Shown one piece after another: positions 1 through 8,426 of a stretch of DNA of 37,505 bases. A program made the translations under genes and the position numbers. Numbering within the stretch: position 1 is the first letter of the stretch; the number at the start of each line of letters is the position of its first letter. Origin of the DNA: a virus (lineage: Duplodnaviria; Caudoviricetes); the IMG/VR virus record IMGVR_UViG_3300044674_002913, positions 1-37,505 of that record; one strand, written 5' to 3'. A model generated the notes under the pieces. That model searched no databases and was not told where the DNA came from. It worked only from the letters and a program-made list of their open reading frames with translations.

Positions 1-14
1 AAGGAAACAGTTAA

Positions 15-317
15 ATGGCTGATCTAAGCGTAGGCGTTCGTAACGCACAAACATACAGTGGAGACCGTCAGGTAGCCCTAACAAGTCTCTCAAAGAGCAA
101 CATGACACAGGACGAGCTCGATGCAGCAATCCAGTTTATTCAAAAGACAGCAACAGTTATCGGTGTTGGCGACGACACAACAGGTGGCTTCAATGCAGGC
201 GTATCTGATGTTGTTCACGTTCTAAGTGAAGGTCCTGCTCCAGCAGCAGGTGCAAACTTCGGTGAAGGTGCCACAGGTGTAACAGCAGCAGTTGTTGCAT
301 ACTTTGAAAACATCTAA
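15..317 (+). CDS. Probable virion (head decoration-like) protein
   Basis: SD-like AAGGA upstream; small Gly/Ala/Thr-rich protein; followed by a strong terminator. Confidence 0.5.
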   Translation: MADLSVGVRNAQTYSGDRQVALTSLSKSNMTQDELDAAIQFIQKTATVIGVGDDTTGGFNAGVSDVVHVLSEGPAPAAGANFGEGATGVTAAVVAYFENI

Positions 318-338
318 GACTTAGTCTTATACTTTATC

Positions 339-370
339 AAAGGGCGATGTTTTTACATCGCCCTTTTTAT
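339..370 (+). terminator. Rho-independent terminator
   Basis: AAAGGGCGATGT-TTTT-ACATCGCCCTTT inverted repeat followed by a T tract. Confidence 0.9.
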
Positions 371-387
371 TCTCTATAATTACTATT

Positions 388-795
388 ATGAAACATTGTA
401 CAAGCGTATGGAGAGATCATCCTGGGATCCACAGTGTTGATATTAATAAATTATCACCAATGGGTTGGCATGCAGACAACCGTTGGTACTGGCGTGATCT
501 CCCACGTATTATAGATCAAGGCCTATGGTATCCAGTGTTGTATTATAAATGTACACTTGAATGGTGGAATTCCAGCTTCTTTAAACGCAAAGGCGCACAT
601 TCCATGTGGTCACATATCAATCCTCCAGTAGTTAATGATGACGGCATGATCTGGGGCGTGTATATGGGAACAAATAGGTTACAATGTATTAAGTTTATGT
701 CGTATACCAGTGTAGACTGCATAGAATGCCAAGGCCAGGCCCAACTTATTGAACTAGGTATACACCTCAGAGACAAGGATCCGCTTCATGCTTGA
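388..795 (+). CDS. Hypothetical protein, ParB/Srx-like motif
   Basis: VYMGTNRLQCIKFMSYTSVDCI resembles the ParB-N G-x-x-R motif. Confidence 0.45.
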   Translation: MKHCTSVWRDHPGIHSVDINKLSPMGWHADNRWYWRDLPRIIDQGLWYPVLYYKCTLEWWNSSFFKRKGAHSMWSHINPPVVNDDGMIWGVYMGTNRLQCIKFMSYTSVDCIECQGQAQLIELGIHLRDKDPLHA

Positions 796-1252
796 CAGCT
801 ATAAAGAGACCTGGTTTATATTAACATTAGTTGATATAACTGAAACGGGAGATCTCCGCGGATCAGGCAAGACACGCAACCAGCAACGTAACTTTGAAAC
901 ACTGCAACAATGTGTAAGTATGCTAGCACAGCCATGGAGTTTAAATTCTCCAATGAAAAGAGAATTTTTAAGTCTACACAAAAGATTAAAAGACACTGGA
1001 ACGACGTTTGGTAGCAAGCATGATTTTACACAAGAAATTCTAAGTAATCTAAATGTATGGACATGGCGCTTTGGTATAGAAAGAATTGGAGTATTTGGCG
1101 GCCCGCTTGGAGATGCTGGTATTCTACAAAATACACTACAGGATATACCTATAATTAGTGGACTAGATGAAAACTGTGTATTAGACCCAGCTGTCTTTAG
1201 TGTACGAGACGAAGATCGTAATATACTATTAATACAAGAGAACGTATTGTAA
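788..1252 (+). CDS. Phage hypothetical protein
   Basis: 154-aa ORF overlapping the previous stop; coding-like codon usage. Confidence 0.7.
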   Translation: MLDSYKETWFILTLVDITETGDLRGSGKTRNQQRNFETLQQCVSMLAQPWSLNSPMKREFLSLHKRLKDTGTTFGSKHDFTQEILSNLNVWTWRFGIERIGVFGGPLGDAGILQNTLQDIPIISGLDENCVLDPAVFSVRDEDRNILLIQENVL

Positions 1253-1361
1253 TAAATACAATACAAGATGCTTCAATAAAAATAATAGGCAACGCAACAG
1301 GCACAAATATAGGCACTCCAATCAAGCATCACCAAATATAGTATAGGTGAGAACAGAGTTA

Positions 1362-1610
1362 ATGGCTGATATTGAAAAAGAAAGTTTAGAAGCACACGTA
1401 GAATTGTGCTCTGAGAGGTATAAATCTCTGCATGACAAATTAGATGCAGTAAACTTACGTCTTGAAACCCAGGACAAGACATTGACTGCAATTCATAATC
1501 ATATGATAAGAAATGAAAACGGCCGTAATAAGCAAGTTATGGCTTGGGGTGCTGGTATAATCGCAAGCCTAGTAGCCGCTGTAGCCTATCTAGTTACACA
1601 ACAACTCTAA
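1362..1610 (+). CDS. Small coiled-coil protein with C-terminal TM helix (XhlA/holin-like architecture)
   Basis: Start moved to ATG 1362 (MADIEKE); heptad-like region then hydrophobic WGAGIIASLVAAVAYLV. Confidence 0.6.
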   Translation: MADIEKESLEAHVELCSERYKSLHDKLDAVNLRLETQDKTLTAIHNHMIRNENGRNKQVMAWGAGIIASLVAAVAYLVTQQL

Positions 1611-1618
1611 ATCTTTAC

Positions 1619-1624
1619 TAAATA
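1619..1624 (+). promoter_or_regulatory. T4-like late promoter core TAAATA
   Basis: TAAATA recurs just upstream of structural genes (1253, 1619, 3321, 10271, 12839, 21332, 33054) and as full TATAAATA at 23631, 24660 and 27485. Confidence 0.65.
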
Positions 1625-1628
1625 CTGT

Positions 1629-1946
1629 ATGCGTTTTAAAGACATAACAAACGAAAGTATTATTCCTCAGTATGACGAGATTGAGTTCGATCTCGAAGAA
1701 GGCATGGCGTGGGCAAAGCGCGGCGGTAAAGTAGTCCGCAAGTTTCGTTGCACAGGAGGCAGACGTAAAGGACGTATTGTAGCCAAACCTGCACAGTGCT
1801 TTGCCGCTCCAGATATTAAAAAACGCAACAAGTTAAAAATTACCAAAGCAAGACTTGGTAAGCGTATGACACGAAAAGCACAACGCACAAAACGAGTAAA
1901 TCCTGCTAGTAAACGTGTAGCAGCATTGAATAAGACAAGTAGGTAG
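1629..1946 (+). CDS. Basic putative head internal/core protein
   Basis: N-terminal MRFKDITNE, acidic propeptide-like segment ending LEE, then very K/R-rich domain. Confidence 0.6.
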   Translation: MRFKDITNESIIPQYDEIEFDLEEGMAWAKRGGKVVRKFRCTGGRRKGRIVAKPAQCFAAPDIKKRNKLKITKARLGKRMTRKAQRTKRVNPASKRVAALNKTSR

Positions 1947-1950
1947 GATT

Positions 1951-2736
1951 ATGAAATTTAAAGACATTTTAGAACAAACCGGACCTCGGAGGTATACACC
2001 CCCACCAGGTAATCCTACCCAAATAGGTGGAAAACAGGTTAATCCTATAAAGGACACTGATAAACCAGGTAACCCACACAAAGGGGTCTCTGCATATGAT
2101 CAAGAGAGAGAATTACAGAAACAACAAAATTTAAAAGGTGCAGGTCAGAAACCTAAGTTACCAACAAGCGATGTAGTGTCAAGACCCGGAGCATCGGCCG
2201 AGCCAGGACTATCTCCAAGAGAGAGAGGGCTAAATCCTAAAAATACTCCAACATCGCCTGCAATGCAGAAAGTTAATCAAGCACTTCAAGGCGTTAACAT
2301 TAATGCACTTAAACCAGAACAAAAAGCATCCTTAATTGCAAAAATTAATCGCACACTTAAAAAAGCAGGACCTAAGTTACCTAGACGTTTAGCAGGATTG
2401 GCTGCACTTGCTAGTGCTGGTCTTGAACTAATAGATCCTAGCATTGCACAAGCAGCTCAGGATGCAAAAGAAAGTTTTATGGGCGAAAGTATGCAAATTA
2501 ATGAAGCCCCTTATCAAGTAATAGACTTAGATGGCAATATCCTTACAGCCGTCCCTCAGGGTGGCGAGCAAGCCATTAAAATGGATATTACAGGATGGGT
2601 ACTAGAATTTGGACAGATGGGACCTGTGTTAAGACAGCCCAAGAGTCCTGTAGAGAAAGATCGTAGTTTACCAGCAGGTAGCCAAGTCGATGTCCAAGGT
2701 AATCCTAGGATTATTGGAACTCCAGAGCGAGGCTAA
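1951..2736 (+). CDS. Putative head internal protein
   Basis: N-terminal MKFKDILE; Pro-rich low-complexity region; AGGA SD. Confidence 0.55.
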   Translation: MKFKDILEQTGPRRYTPPPGNPTQIGGKQVNPIKDTDKPGNPHKGVSAYDQERELQKQQNLKGAGQKPKLPTSDVVSRPGASAEPGLSPRERGLNPKNTPTSPAMQKVNQALQGVNINALKPEQKASLIAKINRTLKKAGPKLPRRLAGLAALASAGLELIDPSIAQAAQDAKESFMGESMQINEAPYQVIDLDGNILTAVPQGGEQAIKMDITGWVLEFGQMGPVLRQPKSPVEKDRSLPAGSQVDVQGNPRIIGTPERG

Positions 2737-2737
2737 A

Positions 2738-2959
2738 ATGCGATTTGCAGAATTTAAACCAGGTATAAGTGTTTTTATCACAAACGAAGAACAGGATCTT
2801 TTTCGTAAGATTCATAGTGAGGGCAAGGTAAGTAAACGTACACTTGATGAACGTGAACAAAACATTGCAAATCAACTAGTAATTAAAAACATGTTAGTAA
2901 GGAAACGTGTCAATGATAGCATCATCTACAAACCGCAAGCTAAAGCAGAATATTGCTAA
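2738..2959 (+). CDS. Small hypothetical protein (winged-helix-like)
   Basis: Start moved to MRFAEF, directly after the previous stop. Confidence 0.6.
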   Translation: MRFAEFKPGISVFITNEEQDLFRKIHSEGKVSKRTLDEREQNIANQLVIKNMLVRKRVNDSIIYKPQAKAEYC

Positions 2960-3323
2960 AGTTCTAAAAAATAAACCTAGAATATTAATTAACACAAATG
3001 GCCGTGTAACACAGGTTAACCAGTATAGTGTGGTTGACAACAATGGCGTCTATGTTATACTAGACAAAGAGTTTACACTCAAAAAGACTGCTGTTGCCTA
3101 TGCTATTGCTCTAGTTAATGGCGACTCTACTTTGCAAAATAGAATAGAACAGTTGAATTGGAAAATTTCTAAATATGCGGAGGATACACAGATATATAAG
3201 CAACATATACATAAAAATCCCAAAAAATTATATCTATATGCACGGATTAGTGATAGTGTAGGACGTATCAATTGTTTAAACATTGAGCTAACTAAAACTC
3301 TTAAATCAATTAAAATAGCATAA
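2907..3323 (+). CDS. Hypothetical protein
   Basis: 138-aa ORF filling the gap between neighbours; start uncertain. Confidence 0.6.
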   Translation: MSMIASSTNRKLKQNIAKVLKNKPRILINTNGRVTQVNQYSVVDNNGVYVILDKEFTLKKTAVAYAIALVNGDSTLQNRIEQLNWKISKYAEDTQIYKQHIHKNPKKLYLYARISDSVGRINCLNIELTKTLKSIKIA

Positions 3324-3350
3324 ATACTATTACAAAAATAGGAAACTATC

Positions 3351-4589
3351 ATGATCTTAGAAGAATTATCACCAAAGCCAGACAGCAAAAAACTTGCTGA
3401 GGTAACAAAAAAGACTTTTGGGTTTAGCGTGGACCTTGCCAGTCTAGACCTGCCAAAAGCAAAACAAATTAAAGAGTCATTTACTACAAAACTTGCTAAA
3501 CTAGAAGCCAAGTTGGGAGCAAATGTAAGTACTAACAAACGATATTATGAAGCTAAACTAGTATTAGAAACACTTGACCGCTTCATTGAAGAGGGCGTGG
3601 ATGATGATGCACTACGTGAGTTAGAACTATATGCAGAAAATGATCAAGATCTTTACAGCCGCAGTTATGTTCCTATTGCAAAAAATTTAAGCAAAAAGTT
3701 TAAGAAAGAAATTTATGATAGTGAACTAGCTAAGAAGCTCTGGAAGTATCACGCAGACCGTGCTGCACAAAAGTATGGTAAAGATCATGCTGGTGGTGCA
3801 AAAGACGGAATGCGTATGTTTAGTCCAGACACTCGCAGAGCATTAGCTGCTCAATTAGAAGACAGTTGGCGTAATGAGATGGAAGCTGGTAACTTTATGG
3901 AGTCAGCTTCACCTGTGAGCGAAGATAGTAATTATAAAATTATAATGGGCTTTATTGACCAGTGGACTGAAGCCGGTCAACCAGACGACTATATGGATGA
4001 CCTTGTTGCATATGTTAAAAAGACTATTCCTGATTCAAAGGATTGGAATTATGCGGCATCATTAATAAAGAATGGTGTAAAAAGTTACCAGGATCGCGAA
4101 TACGGAACAAGTAGTTTAATGGGACTACGAAATAATACAGAATCTGTAGAAGTTACATCAGAAAGTATTATTGTTGAAGGCGAGATGGAATCAGCAGAAG
4201 TAGTAATGGCCGCTAAAAATATTATAGACCGTATCCAGGGAATGGTAGAGGATTTGGGTGAGATCATGAACGAAGACCTTCCTCCACTTGCAGATACAAT
4301 TACAGATCAGTTTGGTGCTGAAGCTAGTGCTGCATTTACAGCACAAATCCAGGGCGCAGTAGGCCCAGCTATGGAAGCAATGGGTGCTGCTCGCGGCGGC
4401 GCTGATGCTGCTGCACGTGGACTTACAGGCGAAGATGCTCAAATGATGGGTGCACCAGAAGAAGATGTGCCTATGGAACCAACCATGGACATGGATATTG
4501 AACAGCCTATTGAGGAGCCAGGAGACGAAATTGCCGCAGCAGATTCTGCGGCTGGTGGAGAAGCTGAGCTAGGCAGAGAACGTAGATAA
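3351..4589 (+). CDS. Acidic prohead core/scaffold-like protein with internal modules
   Basis: Late promoter and AGGA SD; acidic helical C-terminus ending LGRERR; E-rich linkers. Confidence 0.55.
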   Translation: MILEELSPKPDSKKLAEVTKKTFGFSVDLASLDLPKAKQIKESFTTKLAKLEAKLGANVSTNKRYYEAKLVLETLDRFIEEGVDDDALRELELYAENDQDLYSRSYVPIAKNLSKKFKKEIYDSELAKKLWKYHADRAAQKYGKDHAGGAKDGMRMFSPDTRRALAAQLEDSWRNEMEAGNFMESASPVSEDSNYKIIMGFIDQWTEAGQPDDYMDDLVAYVKKTIPDSKDWNYAASLIKNGVKSYQDREYGTSSLMGLRNNTESVEVTSESIIVEGEMESAEVVMAAKNIIDRIQGMVEDLGEIMNEDLPPLADTITDQFGAEASAAFTAQIQGAVGPAMEAMGAARGGADAAARGLTGEDAQMMGAPEEDVPMEPTMDMDIEQPIEEPGDEIAAADSAAGGEAELGRERR

Positions 4590-5356
4590 TGCAACCCTAT
4601 CACCATTACCATACCCTATTAGAAGATATAGATGCTGTAAACACTATTATTGGTGTAGCAGAACTTCTACGTAGTGAAGCTGAAGGTGAAGGCGATGCAA
4701 AAACCAGCATGAACAGTTTTTTAAATATGTTACAGAACGCTGGACTTAATATTAACTATGACGGCCTTAAGGCTTATTACGAATCAGATCCTAGACTACA
4801 AGCAGAGATCCAAGACTTTAATGAGAAAGAAGTTGTGTTTGTGGGCGATGATGCTGGGTTGGATATGAAACCACAGGGTGAAGTATCACCAGAGAAAAAA
4901 GTAAACAGTATGGCTAAAGCCGCATTAGCAAAACGTGAGAGTATTGAAGAAGTATCTAGAGCTACACTTGCTTCGTATCAGTCTAAAGCATCGGACGCTC
5001 GTGGTCATAGAAATCTGCCATTCAAAAAAGTAGACAACCGATACACGTACGTCAAAAAGGCATCTGATAAATTAGAGAAGATGAACACAGATTTACCAGG
5101 TCTAGAAGGACCATTTACAACACGCTCAGGCAAAGTTGTTTACTATGATCCCAAAGAAGGCAAGTATTACGATCGTGATAGTGACATGTATCTTAGTTAT
5201 GATGAGTTTAAGGATTATGATCAAAGTCGTGCCAGCATGGGCTCCAAGATGGAATTACCCAAAGGTGTGGAAAAAGAGAGTATTGAAGAAACATTTGATT
5301 ACTGGCAAGGCCCAGAGAGTATCGCAAAACTCGCAGGACTTAGAAAACCTAAATAA
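4589..5356 (+). CDS. Modular head-associated protein
   Basis: TAATG coupling; two ESIEE repeats flanking small modules; C-terminal IAKLAGL. Confidence 0.55.
   Translation: MQPYHHYHTLLEDIDAVNTIIGVAELLRSEAEGEGDAKTSMNSFLNMLQNAGLNINYDGLKAYYESDPRLQAEIQDFNEKEVVFVGDDAGLDMKPQGEVSPEKKVNSMAKAALAKRESIEEVSRATLASYQSKASDARGHRNLPFKKVDNRYTYVKKASDKLEKMNTDLPGLEGPFTTRSGKVVYYDPKEGKYYDRDSDMYLSYDEFKDYDQSRASMGSKMELPKGVEKESIEETFDYWQGPESIAKLAGLRKPK
4937..5290 (+). repeat. 15-bp direct repeat GAGAGTATTGAAGAA (4937-4951 and 5276-5290)
   Basis: Exact match read from the sequence; both copies encode ESIEE. Confidence 0.85.
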
Positions 5357-5365
5357 ATAGAAATA

Positions 5366-5445
5366 GTGACGCCGCTCCAGGCGCCGGACAAGAACGGGAC
5401 GCATCGACATCAAGTCGTTTATGCATGAGCAGACGCCCCTCCGTA
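5366..5445 (+). ncRNA. Putative structured small RNA
   Basis: GC-rich intergenic island with nested stems GCTC/GAGC, CCG/CGG, GCAT-CGAC/GTCG-ATGC and a possible GGCG/CGCC pseudoknot. Confidence 0.4.
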
Positions 5446-5453
5446 TATAGTTA

Positions 5454-5513
5454 TTGACTATTAGCTAACCCCCCAATTATAATATATTTTATAAACTGTA
5501 GAGCAGTTTATAA
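5454..5513 (+). promoter_or_regulatory. Sigma70-type promoter with downstream palindrome
   Basis: TTGACT(5454)-18 bp-TATAAT(5478); TTATAAACTG-N5-CAGTTTATAA at 5489-5513. Confidence 0.7.
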
Positions 5514-5533
5514 TAATTTAAAAAGGAAAAATT

Positions 5534-6544
5534 ATGAAAAAACTAATTACAGCTCTTACTCTAATGATTGCTATGATCTTTAGTATTGGGACTGCAAGTG
5601 CCGACATCCAAGTTAACAAATTGTTTTCGCCAAATCCCCAAAATGTTAAAGCTAGGTTAATCATTGACATCGGTCCATACTCGTATCACAGTTGGATATT
5701 AAAAGGTATCCAAGATGGAACCTTTGCAAAATACGGCGTAGATGTCGAGTTTGTTGGCACAGGGCCTGGCAGTGTAAAGACTGGTCTTGCAATTACTGCT
5801 GGAAAGGCAGAACTAGGATACCAGGATTATAGTGGCGTAGTTCTTGTTAATAGCAAACAAGCTACTCCAAAGTTTAAGGCTATCTTTGTCATCGATGACA
5901 AAGTACAGGATGGAATTTGGTCATTAAAGGGATCTGGAATCAACAAATTTGATGATCTAGATGGTAAAACTTTTGGAGATTTTATTTCCGGAACTACCAA
6001 ACTTCTGTTGCCAGGTATCACCAAGGCTAAAGTTACGCCAGTTAACATGTCATTTTCCGCTCTAGTTCCAGGGCTAGTAACTGGGAAAGTTGATACAATT
6101 GGTGGATATTTAACAACAACTAAATTTAACCTACAGAAGGTTGGAATTAATGAATACAACGTTATCAAGTTAAGCGATGCATTTCCAATGGGAGTTAGTC
6201 GTGTAATTACTGTAAACAGTGATTGGGCTAATGCTAATCCAAAAGCAATAATTGGAATTAGAAAAGCAATTAGAGAGTTACTGCCAAACTTTATTAAAGA
6301 TCCAAAGTCTAGTGTAGACACTCTTTCTGGACCACTTGTTTCTACCCAAGAAAAACGTGACCTTGAACTAGCCCGTGCAAAGTACGCCATAGAAGAACTT
6401 GTTTGGACTAATAATGTTAAAGTTAATGGGTTTAACAATGCAAAAGTACTCGGGCCACGTCTAAAAGAGTACACTGATTTGCTTGTATCTAGGGTTGGTT
6501 TACCCAATCGTCATCCAGACAACACATATTTTGATCTAGACTGA
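5534..6544 (+). CDS. ABC transporter substrate-binding protein, NMT1/THI5 (NitT/TauT) family
   Basis: Signal peptide (ASA/D); GTFAKYGVDVEFVGTGPGS and GINKFDDLDGKTFG motifs. Confidence 0.85.
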   Translation: MKKLITALTLMIAMIFSIGTASADIQVNKLFSPNPQNVKARLIIDIGPYSYHSWILKGIQDGTFAKYGVDVEFVGTGPGSVKTGLAITAGKAELGYQDYSGVVLVNSKQATPKFKAIFVIDDKVQDGIWSLKGSGINKFDDLDGKTFGDFISGTTKLLLPGITKAKVTPVNMSFSALVPGLVTGKVDTIGGYLTTTKFNLQKVGINEYNVIKLSDAFPMGVSRVITVNSDWANANPKAIIGIRKAIRELLPNFIKDPKSSVDTLSGPLVSTQEKRDLELARAKYAIEELVWTNNVKVNGFNNAKVLGPRLKEYTDLLVSRVGLPNRHPDNTYFDLD

Positions 6545-7284
6545 TGATTCATACTAGTATAACTGTTGCAACAGTTATAGTAGTTTGGGAACTAGTATTC
6601 AAAGGAGGGTATATTCCAGGATTATGGGATATTATAAAAACCTTCTTTGAATTACTAGTTAACCCAGACTTTTTGTTTAATTTATGGACTAGTATATGGC
6701 GGTTGGGCCTGGGCTGGACTATAGGCATGGTGCTAGGAACAGTCGTTGGAATAGCCATGGCCATAAATGTTCACACACACAAACTTTTAATGCCACTAGT
6801 AAGTTGCCTATTTCCTATACCTAAAATTGCACTATTGCCACTGTTTATTGTATTACTCGGCTTGGGCGAGGCTAGTAAGGTTATAACTATCTTTATTGGT
6901 GCATTTTTCCCCAGTATTATTACTGCATATAGTTCTGTAATACGCACACCTGGTGTTTTTACAGATGTTACTGTTTCTTGTAAAGGTAACTTATGGACAG
7001 TAGTAAAATATGTTGTTATTCCATATAATCTTCCCACTATAATACAAGGATTTAGAACAAGTGGTAGTCTGGCTCTAACACTGTTAGTTGCCGCAGAGAT
7101 GCTGGGTGCACAACACGGACTGGGCCACTGGATTTTTATGACAGGCGGAGAAATGGAATTTGCAGAAATGTTTGCTGGACTTATATGGTTAAGTTTAATA
7201 GGGCTAACTATTAACTGGGGTGTGGAATATCTCAGACGCACAGTGTGTTACTGGAGTACACTTGGAAAAGGTGCACAAATATGA
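6544..7284 (+). CDS. ABC transporter permease, TauC/SsuC family
   Basis: Multiple TM helices; PIPKIALLPL, LGLGEASK and VAAEMLGA.GLG motifs. Confidence 0.9.
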   Translation: MIHTSITVATVIVVWELVFKGGYIPGLWDIIKTFFELLVNPDFLFNLWTSIWRLGLGWTIGMVLGTVVGIAMAINVHTHKLLMPLVSCLFPIPKIALLPLFIVLLGLGEASKVITIFIGAFFPSIITAYSSVIRTPGVFTDVTVSCKGNLWTVVKYVVIPYNLPTIIQGFRTSGSLALTLLVAAEMLGAQHGLGHWIFMTGGEMEFAEMFAGLIWLSLIGLTINWGVEYLRRTVCYWSTLGKGAQI

Positions 7285-8426
7285 TTTTAAATGCAGATAA
7301 GTTTGGTTACTATACAGTCGGCGATTTAAAAACATACAGCAAAGTAGAAGCAATAGAATGGCAACAACGTACTGGGCACTTCCCAGAGTGGAACTTTAAC
7401 AAGGAAATCTTTGATACAGTTGATTGGCAAACAGAGCCAGCAATTGAGTTATGGGATTTGTATAAAGCAAGAGCGAGGCAAATTAGAGATGCGTACGACT
7501 ATGTGGTATTATTCTATTCTGGCGGTAGTGATAGCGACAACGTATTACGTAGCTGGATAGATGCAGATTGTAAAATAGATGAGATAGCCTGCTTCTGGAA
7601 TTTGGAAGCAACCAAAGATCCACAAAGTTTTATGTGTGCAGAAATACAAAATGTGGTATTGCCTGTTGTAGAAAAACTAAAGCAAACACATGAGTTTGAG
7701 TTTCGTAAAATTGATGTAAGTCAATTAACTATCGACTTTTTAGCCAAGAATAAATTTGATTATAGTTACTACAGTAATCACAGTATTAGTCCTAATAATA
7801 TTGTAAAGGGTATGTTTAGAGAAACAATACCCGCTTACCAACAACTAATAGACAGTGGTAAACGTGTTTGTTTTGTGTGGGGATTTGAAAAACCTCAATT
7901 AGGATATGATGATAGAGGTGTTTATGTTCAATTTGTAGACACCATGGATAATTGTGTAGGCCCCTACAGCCAGCTGAATTATACAAATGGGTGGTATGAT
8001 GAACTATTTTATTGGACCCCCGACTTTCCTGAGATAGTAGTTAAGCAGGCACACATTGTACAGCGGTTTGTGGAAACGTGTGATATCCCAGAGTTTTACA
8101 GCAATAAGTCAACACCCTATGGATACAATAACAAGTTAATGCAATGGGTCACACACGATGCAGTCAAAAGGATAATCTATCCAAGGTGGGATCCAAACAC
8201 GTTCTGCAATGGTAAGTCACCCACTGGCGCAAGTAACTATCTAGTGTATAGTCCTAGAGATGCATGGCTATGGAATAGTAATCTAGTAGAACGTGACACC
8301 ATGCATAGTATTATAGCTCAAACTACGAATAAAGTTGGCGAATATTGGAAAACAGACAATAATTCTAATAGCAGTAGTCTTTATAAAGGGCATATCCAAA
8401 AACATTACATAAGGAAAATATTATGA
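7281..8426 (+). CDS. PP-loop ATP pyrophosphatase-family protein
   Basis: YSGGSDS PP-loop; ATGA overlap places the start at 7281. Confidence 0.7.
   Translation: MILNADKFGYYTVGDLKTYSKVEAIEWQQRTGHFPEWNFNKEIFDTVDWQTEPAIELWDLYKARARQIRDAYDYVVLFYSGGSDSDNVLRSWIDADCKIDEIACFWNLEATKDPQSFMCAEIQNVVLPVVEKLKQTHEFEFRKIDVSQLTIDFLAKNKFDYSYYSNHSISPNNIVKGMFRETIPAYQQLIDSGKRVCFVWGFEKPQLGYDDRGVYVQFVDTMDNCVGPYSQLNYTNGWYDELFYWTPDFPEIVVKQAHIVQRFVETCDIPEFYSNKSTPYGYNNKLMQWVTHDAVKRIIYPRWDPNTFCNGKSPTGASNYLVYSPRDAWLWNSNLVERDTMHSIIAQTTNKVGEYWKTDNNSNSSSLYKGHIQKHYIRKIL

Noticed and set aside
5136-5360. Alternative-frame + strand ORFs (5136, 16133, 27684, 29107, 33816)
   Set aside because: Nested in stronger genes with no SD or recognisable motifs
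5360-5533. TPP riboswitch upstream of the NMT1/THI5-like gene
   Set aside because: The conserved CTGAGA and associated TPP aptamer motifs are absent
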